Assembly (NCBI GenBank): GCA_041300025.1
Contig: JBGLNL010000001.1
Span: 1,598,005-1,662,004 of the forward strand
DNA from: Dehalococcoidia bacterium
GTDB lineage: Bacteria; Chloroflexota; Dehalococcoidia; SZUA-161; SpSt-899
Reading direction: 5' to 3'
DNA length: 64,000 nt
Shown here: positions 44,573 through 55,330 of the stretch, in pieces
Numbering within the stretch: position 1 is the stretch's first letter
Layout: each line of letters opens with the position of its first letter
Notes under the pieces: generated by a model
The model's database searches: none
Told to the model about the DNA's origin: nothing
Seen by the model: the letters and a program-made list of their open reading frames with translations, nothing else
Position numbers and translations under genes: made by a program

Positions 44573-47490
44573 TGCGTGGAATAAAAGCGGATCTCTAAGG
44601 GTGAAATTCCAGGCGGCCGGTCAGGAACTGTTTAAAGAGACCGCCGGCGATATCTCTTTTGCCCTGCACAATTTAGAATTAGAGAAAGAGCGGGCGCAGG
44701 CGGAAGATAAAATCAAGGCTCAAAACGAAGCAATACAAGTACAATTATACGAAATCGAGCAGGCCAACATTGAGCTCAAACAAGCCCAGAAAAAACTCCT
44801 CAATAGCAACCAGATTATCCGTGAGAGCGAAGAGAAATACCGTAATCTGATCGAAAACGCCGGTGTCCCCATCATATATTTTGCCCGTAACGGCCGCATC
44901 CTGACCATCAATGCCATTGCTGCCAAAAATCTCAAGGGGGAGCCCAGTAACTATATTGGTAAATCAATATATGACCTTTTCCCCAAAGTGGCGGATGGCA
45001 TCATGGAAAGACTAAGGGAAGTGATCAGAACAGAGTCCATCAAAGAATATGAAGATTTCTTTGAACTACCCATCGGCAAGTTCTGGTTCTTAACAGATAT
45101 GTACCCCGTTAAAGACTCCAGCGGCAAAACCTTTGCCGTTCAGGTTATTGCCCGGGATATTACCGAACAAAAGCGGGCAAGAGAGGCCCTTAGCCTGGCT
45201 GAGGAAAAACTGCGCCTTATATTTGATAGCATCAAAGATGGTATCACCATCAGCGATCTGGAGGGGAATATTATCGATTCGAACCAGGAAGGGCTCAGGA
45301 GACACGGATTCAAAAGTATAGATGAACTGAAGGGAATGAAAGGATTTGATTTCATTTCCGAAAGGGATCGGGAAAAGGCCGTCAAGGATATGGAAAATGC
45401 CCTCTCCGATGAGAGTTCCGCCCATTTGGTTGAGTACAATTTGAAAGGCCCGGATGGAGGCGAAATACCGGTGGAGGCAACCGCGGCTCTACTGCGTGAT
45501 AGTTCGGGTAATCCAATCGCTTTCATCAATGTTACCAGGGATATCACCGAACGCAGGAAAGCAGAGGAAGCAGTCAGAAAAAGCGAGGAACGCTTTCACG
45601 CTTTGCTCGATAAATCCTCAGATGGAATTGCCGTCATTAATGCGGACGGGACATTTAGCTATGAAGGCCCCGTCAATGATCGCATATTGGGTTATACGGC
45701 AGATGATACAGTTCTAACCTCAATATTTGATACGATCCATCCGGATGACCAGTCCAGTCTAAGCGAAGATTTTGCCCGCCTGATCAAAAAATCGGGTGAC
45801 ACCATTACCGGCACTTATCGGGCCCGTCATAAAGACGGCTCCTGGCGCACGATCGAGGCTGTCGCCAGAAATCTTATGGATGATCCTATCGTCAAAGGAA
45901 TTGTTGTGAACTTCCGCGATGTTACTGAGAGACAGCAGGCTGAGGAAGCTGTTAAGGCCAGCGAGCAAAAATTCAGAGAGATATTTAATAACGTAAATGA
46001 TGAAATCATGTACATCGACAGTGCCGGTAACGTTATCAACGTAAACAGGAGGGTCGAGGATATTTTTGGCTACGAGCCTCAGGAGGTCATCGGAAGGAAT
46101 TTTGCAGAGTTCGGGTCTGTTTTTGGTGAGGATATAGAAAGAATCGCCAAAATGTTTTCTGAGGTCATCGCATCGGGAGAAACCAGACTCATTGAACTAA
46201 AGGGAAAGCGCAAAGACGGAAGTACCGTTTATGTGGAAGTAAGCCCAAGTATTATCAAAAACAACTCGGATATCGAGGGAATGCTGATCGTCGTGCGCGA
46301 TATTACCGAACGCAAGCAGGCTGAAGAACTTTTTGCCACTCTGGCCACCAATTCCCAGATAGGAAGCTACATCATTCAGGACGGGGTTTTCCGTTTCGCA
46401 AACCCGGTATTTCTGCGCGATCTCGGTCTTACCGAAGAAGATTTAATTGGGAAAACCCCTATTGATATCGTCCATCCTGATGATAGAGAGCGAGTCCGGC
46501 AGGAAGCAATAAAAATGCTCAAAGGTGAGAATAAATTTGGTTATGAATTCAAAGCCATCGACAGACACGGCAATGTCAGACACGCGTATGAGAAGGTAAC
46601 CAGCATCGAATATCAGGGGAAAAGGGCGGTACTGGGAAGTTATATGGATATCACGGAGAAAAAAAGGACGGAAGAAAAACTCGATCAATATCGAGTTGAA
46701 CTGGAACAGCGCCTGGGCGAATTGCAAGAAGCATATGAGAAACTCCAGGGAATGGACAAGCTCAAAGACAAATTTCTTTCCACAGTCTCGCACGAGTTGC
46801 GGACTCCGCTGACTTCGATAAAGAGCTTCACAGAGATTCTCCTTACCTACGATAACGACCGGGAAACCCAAAAGGAATTTCTCAATACCATTAATGACGA
46901 AAGCGACAGACTCACCCGTCTGATCAACGATTTTCTGGATATTTCCAAGATTGAATCCGGGCGACTGCAATGGGAAAACACACTGGTAAAAGTTCTCGAT
47001 ATTATTAAATCAGCAGTTGAATCAGCCGAACCCGTAGCTGCCAAGACAAAACTTACCGTCACCATAGAATCGGAACTTGATTTGCCGCTTGTGTTGGTAG
47101 ACAGGGACAGGCTCACTCAGGTCATAACCAATCTACTCGATAATGCCATTAAATTCACCCCTGAAGAGGGCCGTATCACCATAAAATCAGAACTAATGAA
47201 AAGCCGTAAATCCCCGACTGAACCAGATATGATCAAGGTTAGCATCATTGATACGGGAATAGGCATTGCCCCCGAAGATCAGGGCCGCGTTTTTGAGAAG
47301 TTCGCTCAAATAAACAGCGGCCTGGTGGCCAAGCCGAAGGGAACCGGGCTGGGGTTAACAATTTCCAGAGAAATCGTGGAGCATTTCGGCGGGACAATCT
47401 GGGTAGAAAGCGAATTGGGTAAAGGCAGCACCTTCGCCTTTACAATACCGGTGCCGGAAAAATCAGAGGCAAACACAATAATAACAAAAA
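44558..47490 (+). CDS. cytoplasmic multi-PAS sensor histidine kinase (start uncertain, possibly 5'-truncated; no own stop)
   Basis: Five PAS modules, each ending in a DITE(R/Q/K)K-type boundary. H-box LSTVSHELRTPLTSI; HATPase_c DNAIKFT...GTGLGLTISREIVEHFGGTIWVESELGKGSTFAFTIP. The track ORF 44454..48230 continues into a deacetylase domain. Confidence 0.8.
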
Positions 47491-48230
47491 AAACCAGCAT
47501 ATACGAACTCTGCCGGGCGATGAAGACCCGGGAGGTGCTGACGTTTCGGGATTACGTCACCCGGCAGGATTTGCCCGAGAAATACGTTATCTTAAGGCAC
47601 GATGTAGATAGAAAGCCGGGCAATGCCCTGCGGATGGCGAAGCTGGAACATGAACTGGGTATTCAAAGCACCTATTACTTCAGGATGAAGCCGCATACCT
47701 TCAAACCGGATATCATCCGACAGATTGCAGATATGGGGCACGAGATCGGGTACCATTACGAGACGCTGGATAAAGCCAAAGGCGACCCAAAACGAGCCAT
47801 AGACATATTTGATGCAGAACTTGGCGAGTTCAGGACAGTGTGCACGGTGGACACCATATGCGCCCACGGCAATCCGCTTACCAAATGGAACAACGAATCA
47901 ATCTGGGATCAATACAGTTATTCGGTTTATGGGATTAGTGGCGAGGCTTTTTCGGTTCAAGACAATAAGATTTGTTATTTCACTGATACCGGTAGGACTT
48001 GGAATTGGAAATATCGTAGAAAAGATATCGTATCGAATGCGCTCGGAGATGATGCTGAAGTAGTGGGCACTGACGATTTGATCGATTTTATTAGTAGAGG
48101 AAATACAGATATAATTTACATTGGAGCCCATCCGGAGCGGTGGAATGACGGAATATTTGGATGGAGCGCTCGACTGCTGGAAGATAAAGCAATGAATATT
48201 GGCAAACGGCTGGTATTTGCATTTCGATAG
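47491..48230 (+). CDS. polysaccharide deacetylase-like (CE4-related) domain, lacking its own start codon
   Basis: LTFRDYVTRQDLPEKYVILRHDVDRKPGNALRMAKLEHELGIQSTYYFR...GHEIGYHYE. It normally occurs as a stand-alone protein in glycan clusters. Here it is in frame with the kinase. Confidence 0.6.
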
Positions 48231-48303
48231 TCAAACTGGATCCTTTTGTTTCACTTAAGCGAAGAAATAGAATGATAGTATCACACTGTGAGGAATCTAG
48301 AAT

Positions 48304-49572
48304 TTGAAGATATGTATTCTCTCGTTTACTAATCTCCGAACCGACGGAGGTGAAGCCCGACGAATATTAAAGGAGATGAGGACTCTGGCAGAAGCGGGAT
48401 TTGATGTAAAAGCGATTGGCCTGCTAACAGATCAAGCCCTCCCAAAAACAGAAACATATTATGGAGCCACAATTGAAAGGGAGAGATCCTTTGTGCATTT
48501 TGACCGTACATTTCAGAAAGAATCGCCGAATAGGTCCTTTTTCAGCAGTATAAGGAGGGCTTACACGCTCGTTGCCCACAACACTCTGGCTTCCTCGATA
48601 ACCCTTTTCAAGTTAGGATGGAAAGAAAACGCTGACGTCTATCACTGCTTCAATATATATTCACTATTCCCGGGATTCCTGTTTAAACTGATAAAAAGAA
48701 GGAAACTCGTCTATGATGCCGCTGAGGTCCCCCACTTAAATATCAGAAGGATTTCAGCCCTCGGTATATTTGCGAAGCCATTAAGCCAGATAGTCGGCGT
48801 GATTGAAACAAGCATGGCATCATACGCGAATATAGTGTTCACCATTCCAAGCGTTAATGACGAATATTACAAACGATTTGAAAAGGTGAATAAAAACACA
48901 ATTGTACTCAGAAACACACCTCCGACAGAATGGGGAAGGGTTGAAAACGGTTCTATTGTGTTGAAGGACTACCCGGATCAAAAGATACTGCTTTATATTG
49001 GTACCTTTACCAGAGCTAAAGGTATAATGAAAATGGTTCAGGCTTTCGAAATTGTGCATCGCCAGTTAGAGAAAGTTAAGTTCGTACTGGTAGGATCTTT
49101 CGATGAAATAAAGGCGTATGATAATGTAAAAGAGGAATTTATGGCCTATACAAAGGACCACGACCTCGAAAATTACATTAAGATTACTGGTTTTGTAAAT
49201 TGGAGTAAGATACCAGAGTATCTCAGCGCTGCAGATATCGCACTTCAGGTCTATCAGCCCGATCCCATATTTATGCAAAGCCAAGGGTCTTCTTCACTAC
49301 CGGAATACATGTCGGCTTCATTACCGATAGTCGTCAACGATTTTCCGAACTATCGAGACATAGTTGAGGGTTATAACTGCGGTATCACCGTCGATCCCAC
49401 GGATGAACGGAAAATAGCCAATGCCATTCTACGATTATTGAATGACGACGAGTTACGTCAGACACTCGGCCAAAACAGCCGAAAGGCATTTGAGAATGAG
49501 TTCAATTGGGGATTGGAGGAGAAGAAACTGATCAAAGCATACCAGACGATTCTCCCCATACGCGCAAATTGA
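48304..49572 (+). CDS. glycosyltransferase family 4 (GT-B, group 1)
   Basis: 422 aa with a TTG start, N-terminus MKICILSF...GGEARRI and the C-terminal E-x7-E region SQGSSSLPEYMSASLPIVVND. Confidence 0.75.
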   Translation: MKICILSFTNLRTDGGEARRILKEMRTLAEAGFDVKAIGLLTDQALPKTETYYGATIERERSFVHFDRTFQKESPNRSFFSSIRRAYTLVAHNTLASSITLFKLGWKENADVYHCFNIYSLFPGFLFKLIKRRKLVYDAAEVPHLNIRRISALGIFAKPLSQIVGVIETSMASYANIVFTIPSVNDEYYKRFEKVNKNTIVLRNTPPTEWGRVENGSIVLKDYPDQKILLYIGTFTRAKGIMKMVQAFEIVHRQLEKVKFVLVGSFDEIKAYDNVKEEFMAYTKDHDLENYIKITGFVNWSKIPEYLSAADIALQVYQPDPIFMQSQGSSSLPEYMSASLPIVVNDFPNYRDIVEGYNCGITVDPTDERKIANAILRLLNDDELRQTLGQNSRKAFENEFNWGLEEKKLIKAYQTILPIRAN

Positions 49573-49593
49573 TTCAAGGAAGGAAAAGTCGCT

Positions 49594-50382
49594 ATGAAAT
49601 TGGTGGTTATTGGGCTTGATGGTGCCGGATTTGAATTGATCGATCGATGGATTGACACCGGCTATCTCCCAAATCTGGCCAAAATCAAAGAAAAAGGCGT
49701 TTGGGCTGATATGCGCAGTGTTTTACCTGCAGTCACATCGCCAAATTGGAAATGCTATTCCACCGGTAAGAATCCGGGTAAAACGGGATCATTTGGATGG
49801 GCCAATATCAACTGGAACGAAAGAAGGATTTACTTTCCCGCTAAAAGAGTCACTTCGCACAGAGAAATCTGGGATTACCTTAGTAATGCTGGATTGAGAG
49901 TTGGGGTAGCAGGAATGCCTACTACCTTTCCGCCAAAGAAAGTTAATGGTTTTCTCATAGCCGGTGGTGAAGCACCATCGAAGGGTTTTACATATCCATC
50001 CAATTTGGAAAAGGAATTAAGGGGTTACGGTTGGGATCGTGACCCACAAATTATGCCAGATATAAACAGGGACCGCGCCGCAATGGAAATACATAATACA
50101 ATAAGCAGGCAATTTACTGCGGTCTTAGATCTGGCAGCAAAGTATAACGTGGATTTTCTCAATCTCTCAATCTTTTCTATTAATATTCTTCACCATTTTC
50201 TCTGGGATAGAGAGGAAACCAGAAAAGGGTGGCAAATCATCGACCAGCAACTGGGAGGAATTCTCAACAGTGGATTCAATATCTTCCTAATGTCTGATCA
50301 TGGCTCTAACAAAATAGAACAGGTATTTAACGCTAATACCTGGCTGGAAAAAGAGGGTTATCTGAAGTCCAATCTTGGCTGG
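49594..50382 (+). CDS. alkaline phosphatase / type I phosphodiesterase-nucleotide pyrophosphatase family protein, 3'-truncated
   Basis: MKLVVIGLDGAGFELI...LPAVTSPNWKCYSTGKNPGKTG...LMSDHGS. Homology ends at about 50382, where MITE copy B begins. The track ORF reads through the repeat to 50568. Confidence 0.65.
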
Positions 50383-50483
50383 GCTTGTGATCAACCCCCT
50401 GTATCCCCCAATCATGGGGGAAAATTGAAGCTGGGGGACGCCCCCAGACCCCCGAAGTCACCACTTAATCAGAGGTTTCTTAG
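50383..50483 (+). repeat. MITE-like element, copy B (near full length; left end degenerate)
   Basis: Differs from copy A at roughly 7 positions over about 93 nt by eye. The right end TCAGAGGTTTCTTAG contains the nfi stop codon on the other strand. Confidence 0.8.
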
Positions 50484-51148
50484 ATACTCTTCCCTCCGGC
50501 AACCTGATGGGCCAGCCGTGTCGGTTCCGGAAGGCGGTATCCTCTCCCGCAATTTAATACCCATTTAACAGCCGATTCCAGGCTTATCATGTTCCCGATG
50601 GAAATATAAAGCGGCTTCACATTTGTTCGGGTTCGCAGCACAACCCCTATGGTTTCACTGCCATCCACAAGCTCAACCCGATCCCCCCGCTCGGGCCCAA
50701 CCTTGCCATGTTCACCGCACAAACGCGATTTGGCACAGCCGATGGTCCGCACATCCAGCAATAACCCCAGATGCGAAGCCAGCCCAAATCTTCTGGGATG
50801 AGCGATTCCCTGCCCGTCCACCATAATCAAATCGGGGATGCTGGTGAGTTTTTCAAAGGCATCAAGGATGACGGGGGCTTCTCGGAAGGAAAGTAGACCC
50901 GGGATGTAAGGTAGTTCTATGGGGCGTTCTGCTAACCGGCTTTCCACCGATTTAAGGCCGGGATATTCGAGCACCACTATTGCTGCACGAACGATATTCC
51001 GGGATCGAGGCACCGAAACATCCACCCCTGCCACCAGCGTCACTCCCTCTATCTCACCTTCTCGCACTACCCTTCCGGCCAATTCCTGCTGAATTGAAAT
51101 AGCCTCAGAGGCGGGTATCTGCCACTCATGCAAATGCCGCGCTTTCAC
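50480..51148 (-). CDS. nfi: endonuclease V (deoxyinosine 3' endonuclease)
   Basis: VAGVDVS, PGLLSFREAP, MVDGQGIAHPRRFGLASHLG, IGCAKSRL. Confidence 0.85.
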   Translation of the reverse strand: MKARHLHEWQIPASEAISIQQELAGRVVREGEIEGVTLVAGVDVSVPRSRNIVRAAIVVLEYPGLKSVESRLAERPIELPYIPGLLSFREAPVILDAFEKLTSIPDLIMVDGQGIAHPRRFGLASHLGLLLDVRTIGCAKSRLCGEHGKVGPERGDRVELVDGSETIGVVLRTRTNVKPLYISIGNMISLESAVKWVLNCGRGYRLPEPTRLAHQVAGGKSI

Positions 51149-51158
51149 AAACTTGGAA

Positions 51159-51698
51159 TCAATCCTGGAAATATTCCTTCACCACATCGAATTCATCGGG
51201 CAATAGACCAATAATGACAGGGAACATAGCTACCTGGAAAGTGGCCAATGCCGATCCGTCCACGGTGTTTTCCACCGATTCACTACTTATAATGCCCCCG
51301 GGCAGATAATCTTCCCCCAGAGCCCCGTATTTGGCTACCATCGCCATAATAAAGGAACAAATCAGCCAAACAGTTATGAAAACGAGGGCTGCCCCGGCGA
51401 GCTTTTCAACCATACCAAGAAAAACCATTTTAAGCATTTTCTGCAAAACGAAAGCCAAAAAATACATAACAGCAAATACAGCTATGAATATAGCTAGAAA
51501 AGCCACAATGTGAGCCCAGGCCTCGCTATCGATGCTGTCATCAAGCAAGTCCGCCAGGTACCCGTGCAATGCGCAAGCCAGGATAACTCCAAACAATGCC
51601 CCGACTAACGGCAGCACCATCTTAACCAGACCGATTTTGTACCCCACGAAAGTGGGGATCACCAGAGCAAGGATAATGACAATATCAAGCCAGTTCAT
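51159..51698 (-). CDS. CvpA family membrane protein
   Basis: MNWLDIVIILALVIPTFVGYKIGLVKM, 4 TM. The ATG at 51698 is preferred over the track start at 51734. Confidence 0.65.
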   Translation of the reverse strand: MNWLDIVIILALVIPTFVGYKIGLVKMVLPLVGALFGVILACALHGYLADLLDDSIDSEAWAHIVAFLAIFIAVFAVMYFLAFVLQKMLKMVFLGMVEKLAGAALVFITVWLICSFIMAMVAKYGALGEDYLPGGIISSESVENTVDGSALATFQVAMFPVIIGLLPDEFDVVKEYFQD

Positions 51699-51888
51699 AG
51701 CCGCCTTCCCGACAATATCAAGCCACAAAAACAATCCTGAAATTATGAATAATCGGGCTTCATATTACAAGACGTATTTGCTTCTCCTTTTGTTCTCTCA
51801 AATCCCTGAGGCTGACATGCCTTTCCCTTGACCTTTCCTTCCGTATTGGATACACTCCACTTAGAAGTCGCTGAAAGTGGGGAAATAA

Positions 51889-53262
51889 ATGGAAATCGGA
51901 ACAGTCAAGCAAGTTACCCTTGAAGATGAAGTAAGAAGCGCATATCTTGATTACGCCATGAGCGTGATCGTCTCCCGGGCTCTGCCCGATGCCCGTGACG
52001 GGATGAAGCCCGTACAAAGGCGAATTCTCTACGGGATGAACGATCTCGGCGTCGCCTATAATACCCCCTTCAAGAAGAGCGCGCGTATTGTTGGTGAGGT
52101 CATGGGTAAATATCACCCTCATGGCGATTCAGCCATATACGATGCCATGGTACGTATGGCACAGGATTTCTCCATGCGCTACCCCCTTGTCGACGGCCAG
52201 GGGAACTTCGGGAGCATGGATAACGATCCTCCCGCAGCTATGCGTTACACCGAGGCCCGTATTTCCCGGATCGCCGGAGAAATGCTGGCTGATATCGAAA
52301 AGGAAACCGTCAACTTTTCCCCCAACTTCGATGACTCGCTTCAGGAACCGACTGTCCTCCCCACCCAGATACCCAACCTACTGCTCAACGGAGCAGCAGG
52401 GATTGCGGTAGGCATGGCAACGAACATTCCGCCGCACAACCTTAGAGAGCTGGCCGAAGCTATCGCCTTTCTGATCGACAACCCGGAGGTCTCCACTGAG
52501 GAACTGATTCCCCTGGTACCGGGGCCGGATTTCCCCACAGGCGGTACTATCCTCGGCCGGGAAGGAATTTATCATGCCTATACTACCGGACGGGGAAAGA
52601 TTGTTCTGCGGGCCAAAAGCCATACGGAAGAGATCGGGAAAGGACGATGCCAGATAGTGGTTACCGAGCTTACCTACCAGACAAACAAATCAGCGCTGGT
52701 GGCCAAAATAGCCGAACTGGTGAAGGACAAAAGAATCGACGGAATCAGCGAGATCCGCGACGAGTCCGATCGAAAAGGAATCCGGATCGTAATCGAACTG
52801 AGAAAGGATAGCCACCCTGATCACATATTGAATAACCTCTATAAAAACACCGTTATGCAAACCGCATTCCATGTCAATATGCTGGCGCTGGTGGACGGCC
52901 AGCCGAGGGTGCTTAACCTTAAATCGGCCCTTCGCCAATACATCAATTTCCGCCACGAGGTCATTACCCGCCGTTCCAAATTTGATTTGCGTAAGGCCCA
53001 GGAACGCTCTCATATACTGGAAGGACTAAAAATCGCTCTCGACAGGATAGATGAGATAATTACCACTATCAGGGAATCAGAGAGTACCGAAGCAGCCAGG
53101 AATGCCCTGATGGAGAATTTCTCCCTCTCTCAATTGCAGGCCCAGGCAATTCTGGAAATGCAACTGCGCCGGCTGGCAGCAATGGAAAGGCAGAAAATCG
53201 ACGACGAATACGCCGAACTTTTACAGACCATCGCTTATCTGGAAGACCTGCTCGCCGGTTGA
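51889..53262 (+). CDS. gyrA: DNA gyrase subunit A, 5' part (456 codons of gyrA, then G-stop)
   Basis: [71 protein letters not shown] (active-site region). It ends ...YLEDLLAG-stop immediately after the 99-bp repeat. Confidence 0.9.
   Translation: MEIGTVKQVTLEDEVRSAYLDYAMSVIVSRALPDARDGMKPVQRRILYGMNDLGVAYNTPFKKSARIVGEVMGKYHPHGDSAIYDAMVRMAQDFSMRYPLVDGQGNFGSMDNDPPAAMRYTEARISRIAGEMLADIEKETVNFSPNFDDSLQEPTVLPTQIPNLLLNGAAGIAVGMATNIPPHNLRELAEAIAFLIDNPEVSTEELIPLVPGPDFPTGGTILGREGIYHAYTTGRGKIVLRAKSHTEEIGKGRCQIVVTELTYQTNKSALVAKIAELVKDKRIDGISEIRDESDRKGIRIVIELRKDSHPDHILNNLYKNTVMQTAFHVNMLALVDGQPRVLNLKSALRQYINFRHEVITRRSKFDLRKAQERSHILEGLKIALDRIDEIITTIRESESTEAARNALMENFSLSQLQAQAILEMQLRRLAAMERQKIDDEYAELLQTIAYLEDLLAG
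53158..53256 (+). repeat. 99-bp segment identical (reverse complement) to 23813-23911
   Basis: 99/99 identity by eye. It is the last 33 gyrA codons of the 5' fragment and the first 33 gyrA codons of the 3' fragment. Confidence 0.9.
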
Positions 53263-53316
53263 AAAATAGTTTTCATAATAGCCTTTCAATAGGGAAATGG
53301 GAAACATACCACTTAG

Positions 53317-53473
53317 CAGGCTGTCCGAAAACTCCTATGTATGTCATTCTGAACATAGTGAAGAATCTTTTTTGAAGCTGAGCCTCGGAGATTCTTCGTC
53401 ATAAATTCCTCAGAATGACACGTGTTTTGATATTTTCGGACAGCCTGTTGGATTCCGGCTCGGAGGCCGGAAT
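53317..53473. repeat. long nested inverted-repeat (hairpin) element plus an adjacent short hairpin
   Basis: Perfect arm pairs: caggctgtccgaaaa (53317-31) with ttttcggacagcctg (53433-47); tgtcattctga (53342-52) with tcagaatgaca (53410-20); gaagaatct (53360-68) with agattcttc (53389-97). Then ttccggc-tcggag-gccggaa (53453-72). Confidence 0.7.
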
Positions 53474-53507
53474 GGCATATCATATTTAGTTGCCGATTTA
53501 ATAACTT

Positions 53508-53553
53508 CCCATATGATTGGGGGATCACAGAGGGTTGAGCAGAGGCTCCTTAG
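53508..53553 (-). repeat. partial (left-end) copy of the MITE-like element, copy H
   Basis: The reverse complement CTAAGGAGCCTCTGCTCAACCCTCTGTGATCCCCCAATCATATGGG aligns with the copy A left end TAAGGAACCTCTGATCAACCCCCTGTATCCCCCAATCATGGGGG. Confidence 0.65.
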
Positions 53554-53589
53554 TTGACGGGTTAATAATTTGAAGAGGGCGCCAGCCAT

Positions 53590-54495
53590 ATGAAAAAAAC
53601 GATATGGATTTTAGTTCTTACGGTACTGTTGCTCATGGTGGCTTTCGGCGTAACTTGTGATGATGAGGGCAGTCAATCTGATGCAGGCGGGAAAATTGGC
53701 GTAGTGGTAACTCTCCTTCCCCAAGCCGAGTTCGTGGAGAAGGTCGGCGGGGACAATGTTGAATTAACCGTAATGGTGCCGCCGGGGGCGAGTCCGCATA
53801 CGTATGAACCGACTCCCGGTCAGATGGTGGCTCTTTCCAGGGCGGATATGTACGCGAAAGTAGGTTCCGGGGTTGAATTTGAGAACGTATGGATGGGAAA
53901 AATAATTAAGCAGAATGAGGATATGCTTGTGGTTGATTGCTCGGAAGGTGTCACATTGCTTGAAATGGGTGCGCCGGATGAACATGATGAGGCTGATCAC
54001 GATCATGGGGGAAATGACCCGCATATCTGGATGTCCCCTGAAAATGCCATGATAATGGTGGAAAATATCTGTGCCGGCTTAGTTCAGATCGATCCCGAAA
54101 ACCGGCTTTATTATGAATCAAATAGGGATGCCTATCTTGCAGAACTTGCGCAACTTGATCAGGAGATCGAAAAAGGGCTTGAGGATGTGACCAACCGGAT
54201 TTTCATGGTATATCATCCTGCTTTCGGATATCTTGCCCATCGTTATGATTTGACCATGCTCACGATTGAAGAAGAAGGCAAAGAACCGACCGCATCGGGG
54301 CTGGCTCACCTCATGGATCAGGCGGAAGTATATGATATCAAAGTAATTTTCGCCGGACCCCAGTTCGATCCAAAGAGCGCCGAGACGATCGCGGATGATA
54401 TCGGCGGCCGGGTGGTAATGATCGATTCGCTGGCACGCGATTATATTTTGAATTTGCAGAAGATCAAAGAAACGTTGATCGAAGCAATGGAATAA
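53590..54495 (+). CDS. metal (Zn/Mn) ABC transporter substrate-binding protein, TroA/ZnuA family
   Basis: Signal peptide, PPGASPHTYEPTP, His/Asp-rich loop DEHDEADHDHGGNDPHIW, VYHPAFGYL. Confidence 0.85.
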   Translation: MKKTIWILVLTVLLLMVAFGVTCDDEGSQSDAGGKIGVVVTLLPQAEFVEKVGGDNVELTVMVPPGASPHTYEPTPGQMVALSRADMYAKVGSGVEFENVWMGKIIKQNEDMLVVDCSEGVTLLEMGAPDEHDEADHDHGGNDPHIWMSPENAMIMVENICAGLVQIDPENRLYYESNRDAYLAELAQLDQEIEKGLEDVTNRIFMVYHPAFGYLAHRYDLTMLTIEEEGKEPTASGLAHLMDQAEVYDIKVIFAGPQFDPKSAETIADDIGGRVVMIDSLARDYILNLQKIKETLIEAME

Positions 54496-54558
54496 CAAAG
54501 ATGCCCTGAGTCATTTCTGTTGCCAGTTTGGGCGAATATCTATACAATGAACGCATAT

Positions 54559-55326
54559 ATGTCAGAGACAAAACAAAAACCAATCGTGGAATTCAAGGAT
54601 GTGTGGGTCCAGTATAATGGCCTTACCATACTGCAGGGTATCAATATGGTTATCGAGCCGAACGATTTTCTCGGCATCATCGGGCCCAACGGTGGTGGCA
54701 AAACGACATTGCTCAAGCTGATACTTGGCCTGATTAAGCCGAGTCGCGGCAGGGTTATCGTCTTTGGGGATTCCCCGCAAAAAACAAGAAAACACATCGG
54801 CTATGTTCCCCAGCATAATCTGTTTGACCGTGATTTTCCTGTAAGTGTCTGGGAAGTTGTTATGATGGGGCGCAACGGCCGGGCAGGCCTGTTTACCCGG
54901 TACGGCAGGGACGATAAAAGTGCCGCTGAACGGGCATTGCAGATGGTCGGGATGATGGCATTCAAAGACAAGCAGATCGGGAAGCTTTCCGGAGGAGAGC
55001 AGCAGCGGGTGTTTATCGCGCGGGCACTGGTGACCGATCCTGAAATGCTGCTTCTCGATGAACCAACGGCCAGCGTGGATCCGGCGATGCAGACAGAATT
55101 CTACGAGATGCTCGATGGGTTGAAATCGCAAATGGCGATTGTGCTGGTATCCCATGACCTGAGCGCTGTCTCGGTTCATGTCGATAAAATTGCCTGCCTT
55201 AATCAGGAACTTTTCCATCATGGTTCCGGCCAGATCGAAGCCGAGGTTCTGGAGGCAGCTTATAAGTGCCCGATTCAAATGATCACCCACGGAGTGATTC
55301 CGCATCGCGTGCTGAAGGAGCATTGA
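54559..55326 (+). CDS. metal ABC transporter ATP-binding protein (ZnuC-like)
   Basis: Walker [10 protein letters not shown], signature LSGGEQQR, Walker B LLLDEP. The ATG at 54559 is preferred over the track start at 54520. Confidence 0.85.
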   Translation: MSETKQKPIVEFKDVWVQYNGLTILQGINMVIEPNDFLGIIGPNGGGKTTLLKLILGLIKPSRGRVIVFGDSPQKTRKHIGYVPQHNLFDRDFPVSVWEVVMMGRNGRAGLFTRYGRDDKSAAERALQMVGMMAFKDKQIGKLSGGEQQRVFIARALVTDPEMLLLDEPTASVDPAMQTEFYEMLDGLKSQMAIVLVSHDLSAVSVHVDKIACLNQELFHHGSGQIEAEVLEAAYKCPIQMITHGVIPHRVLKEH

Positions 55327-55330
55327 TTTT

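Noticed and set aside
47461-47475. aatcagaggc near the kinase/deacetylase junction as another MITE end
   Set aside because: Only about 8 nt (atcagagg) match the element terminus, and none of the adjacent core is present. This is compatible with chance.
53554-53590. A Zur box upstream of the znuA-like gene (GTTAATAATTTG)
   Set aside because: It is a short AT-rich near-palindrome that does not match a Zur consensus convincingly by eye. It lies a few bases from a repeat fragment.
54562-55323. Long antisense or alternative-frame ORFs: 54562..55323 (-), 36374..37045 (-), 15195..15728 (-), 59639..60409 (-), 22830..23474 (+), 21174..21719 (-), 25992..26408 (+)
   Set aside because: Each lies entirely inside a well-supported gene on the other strand or frame (znuC, tgt, asnB, acyl-CoA synthetase, gyrA, obg/nadD, trpC). 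They have Arg/Pro/Ser-rich low-complexity translations and no recognisable motifs. These are typical shadow ORFs.
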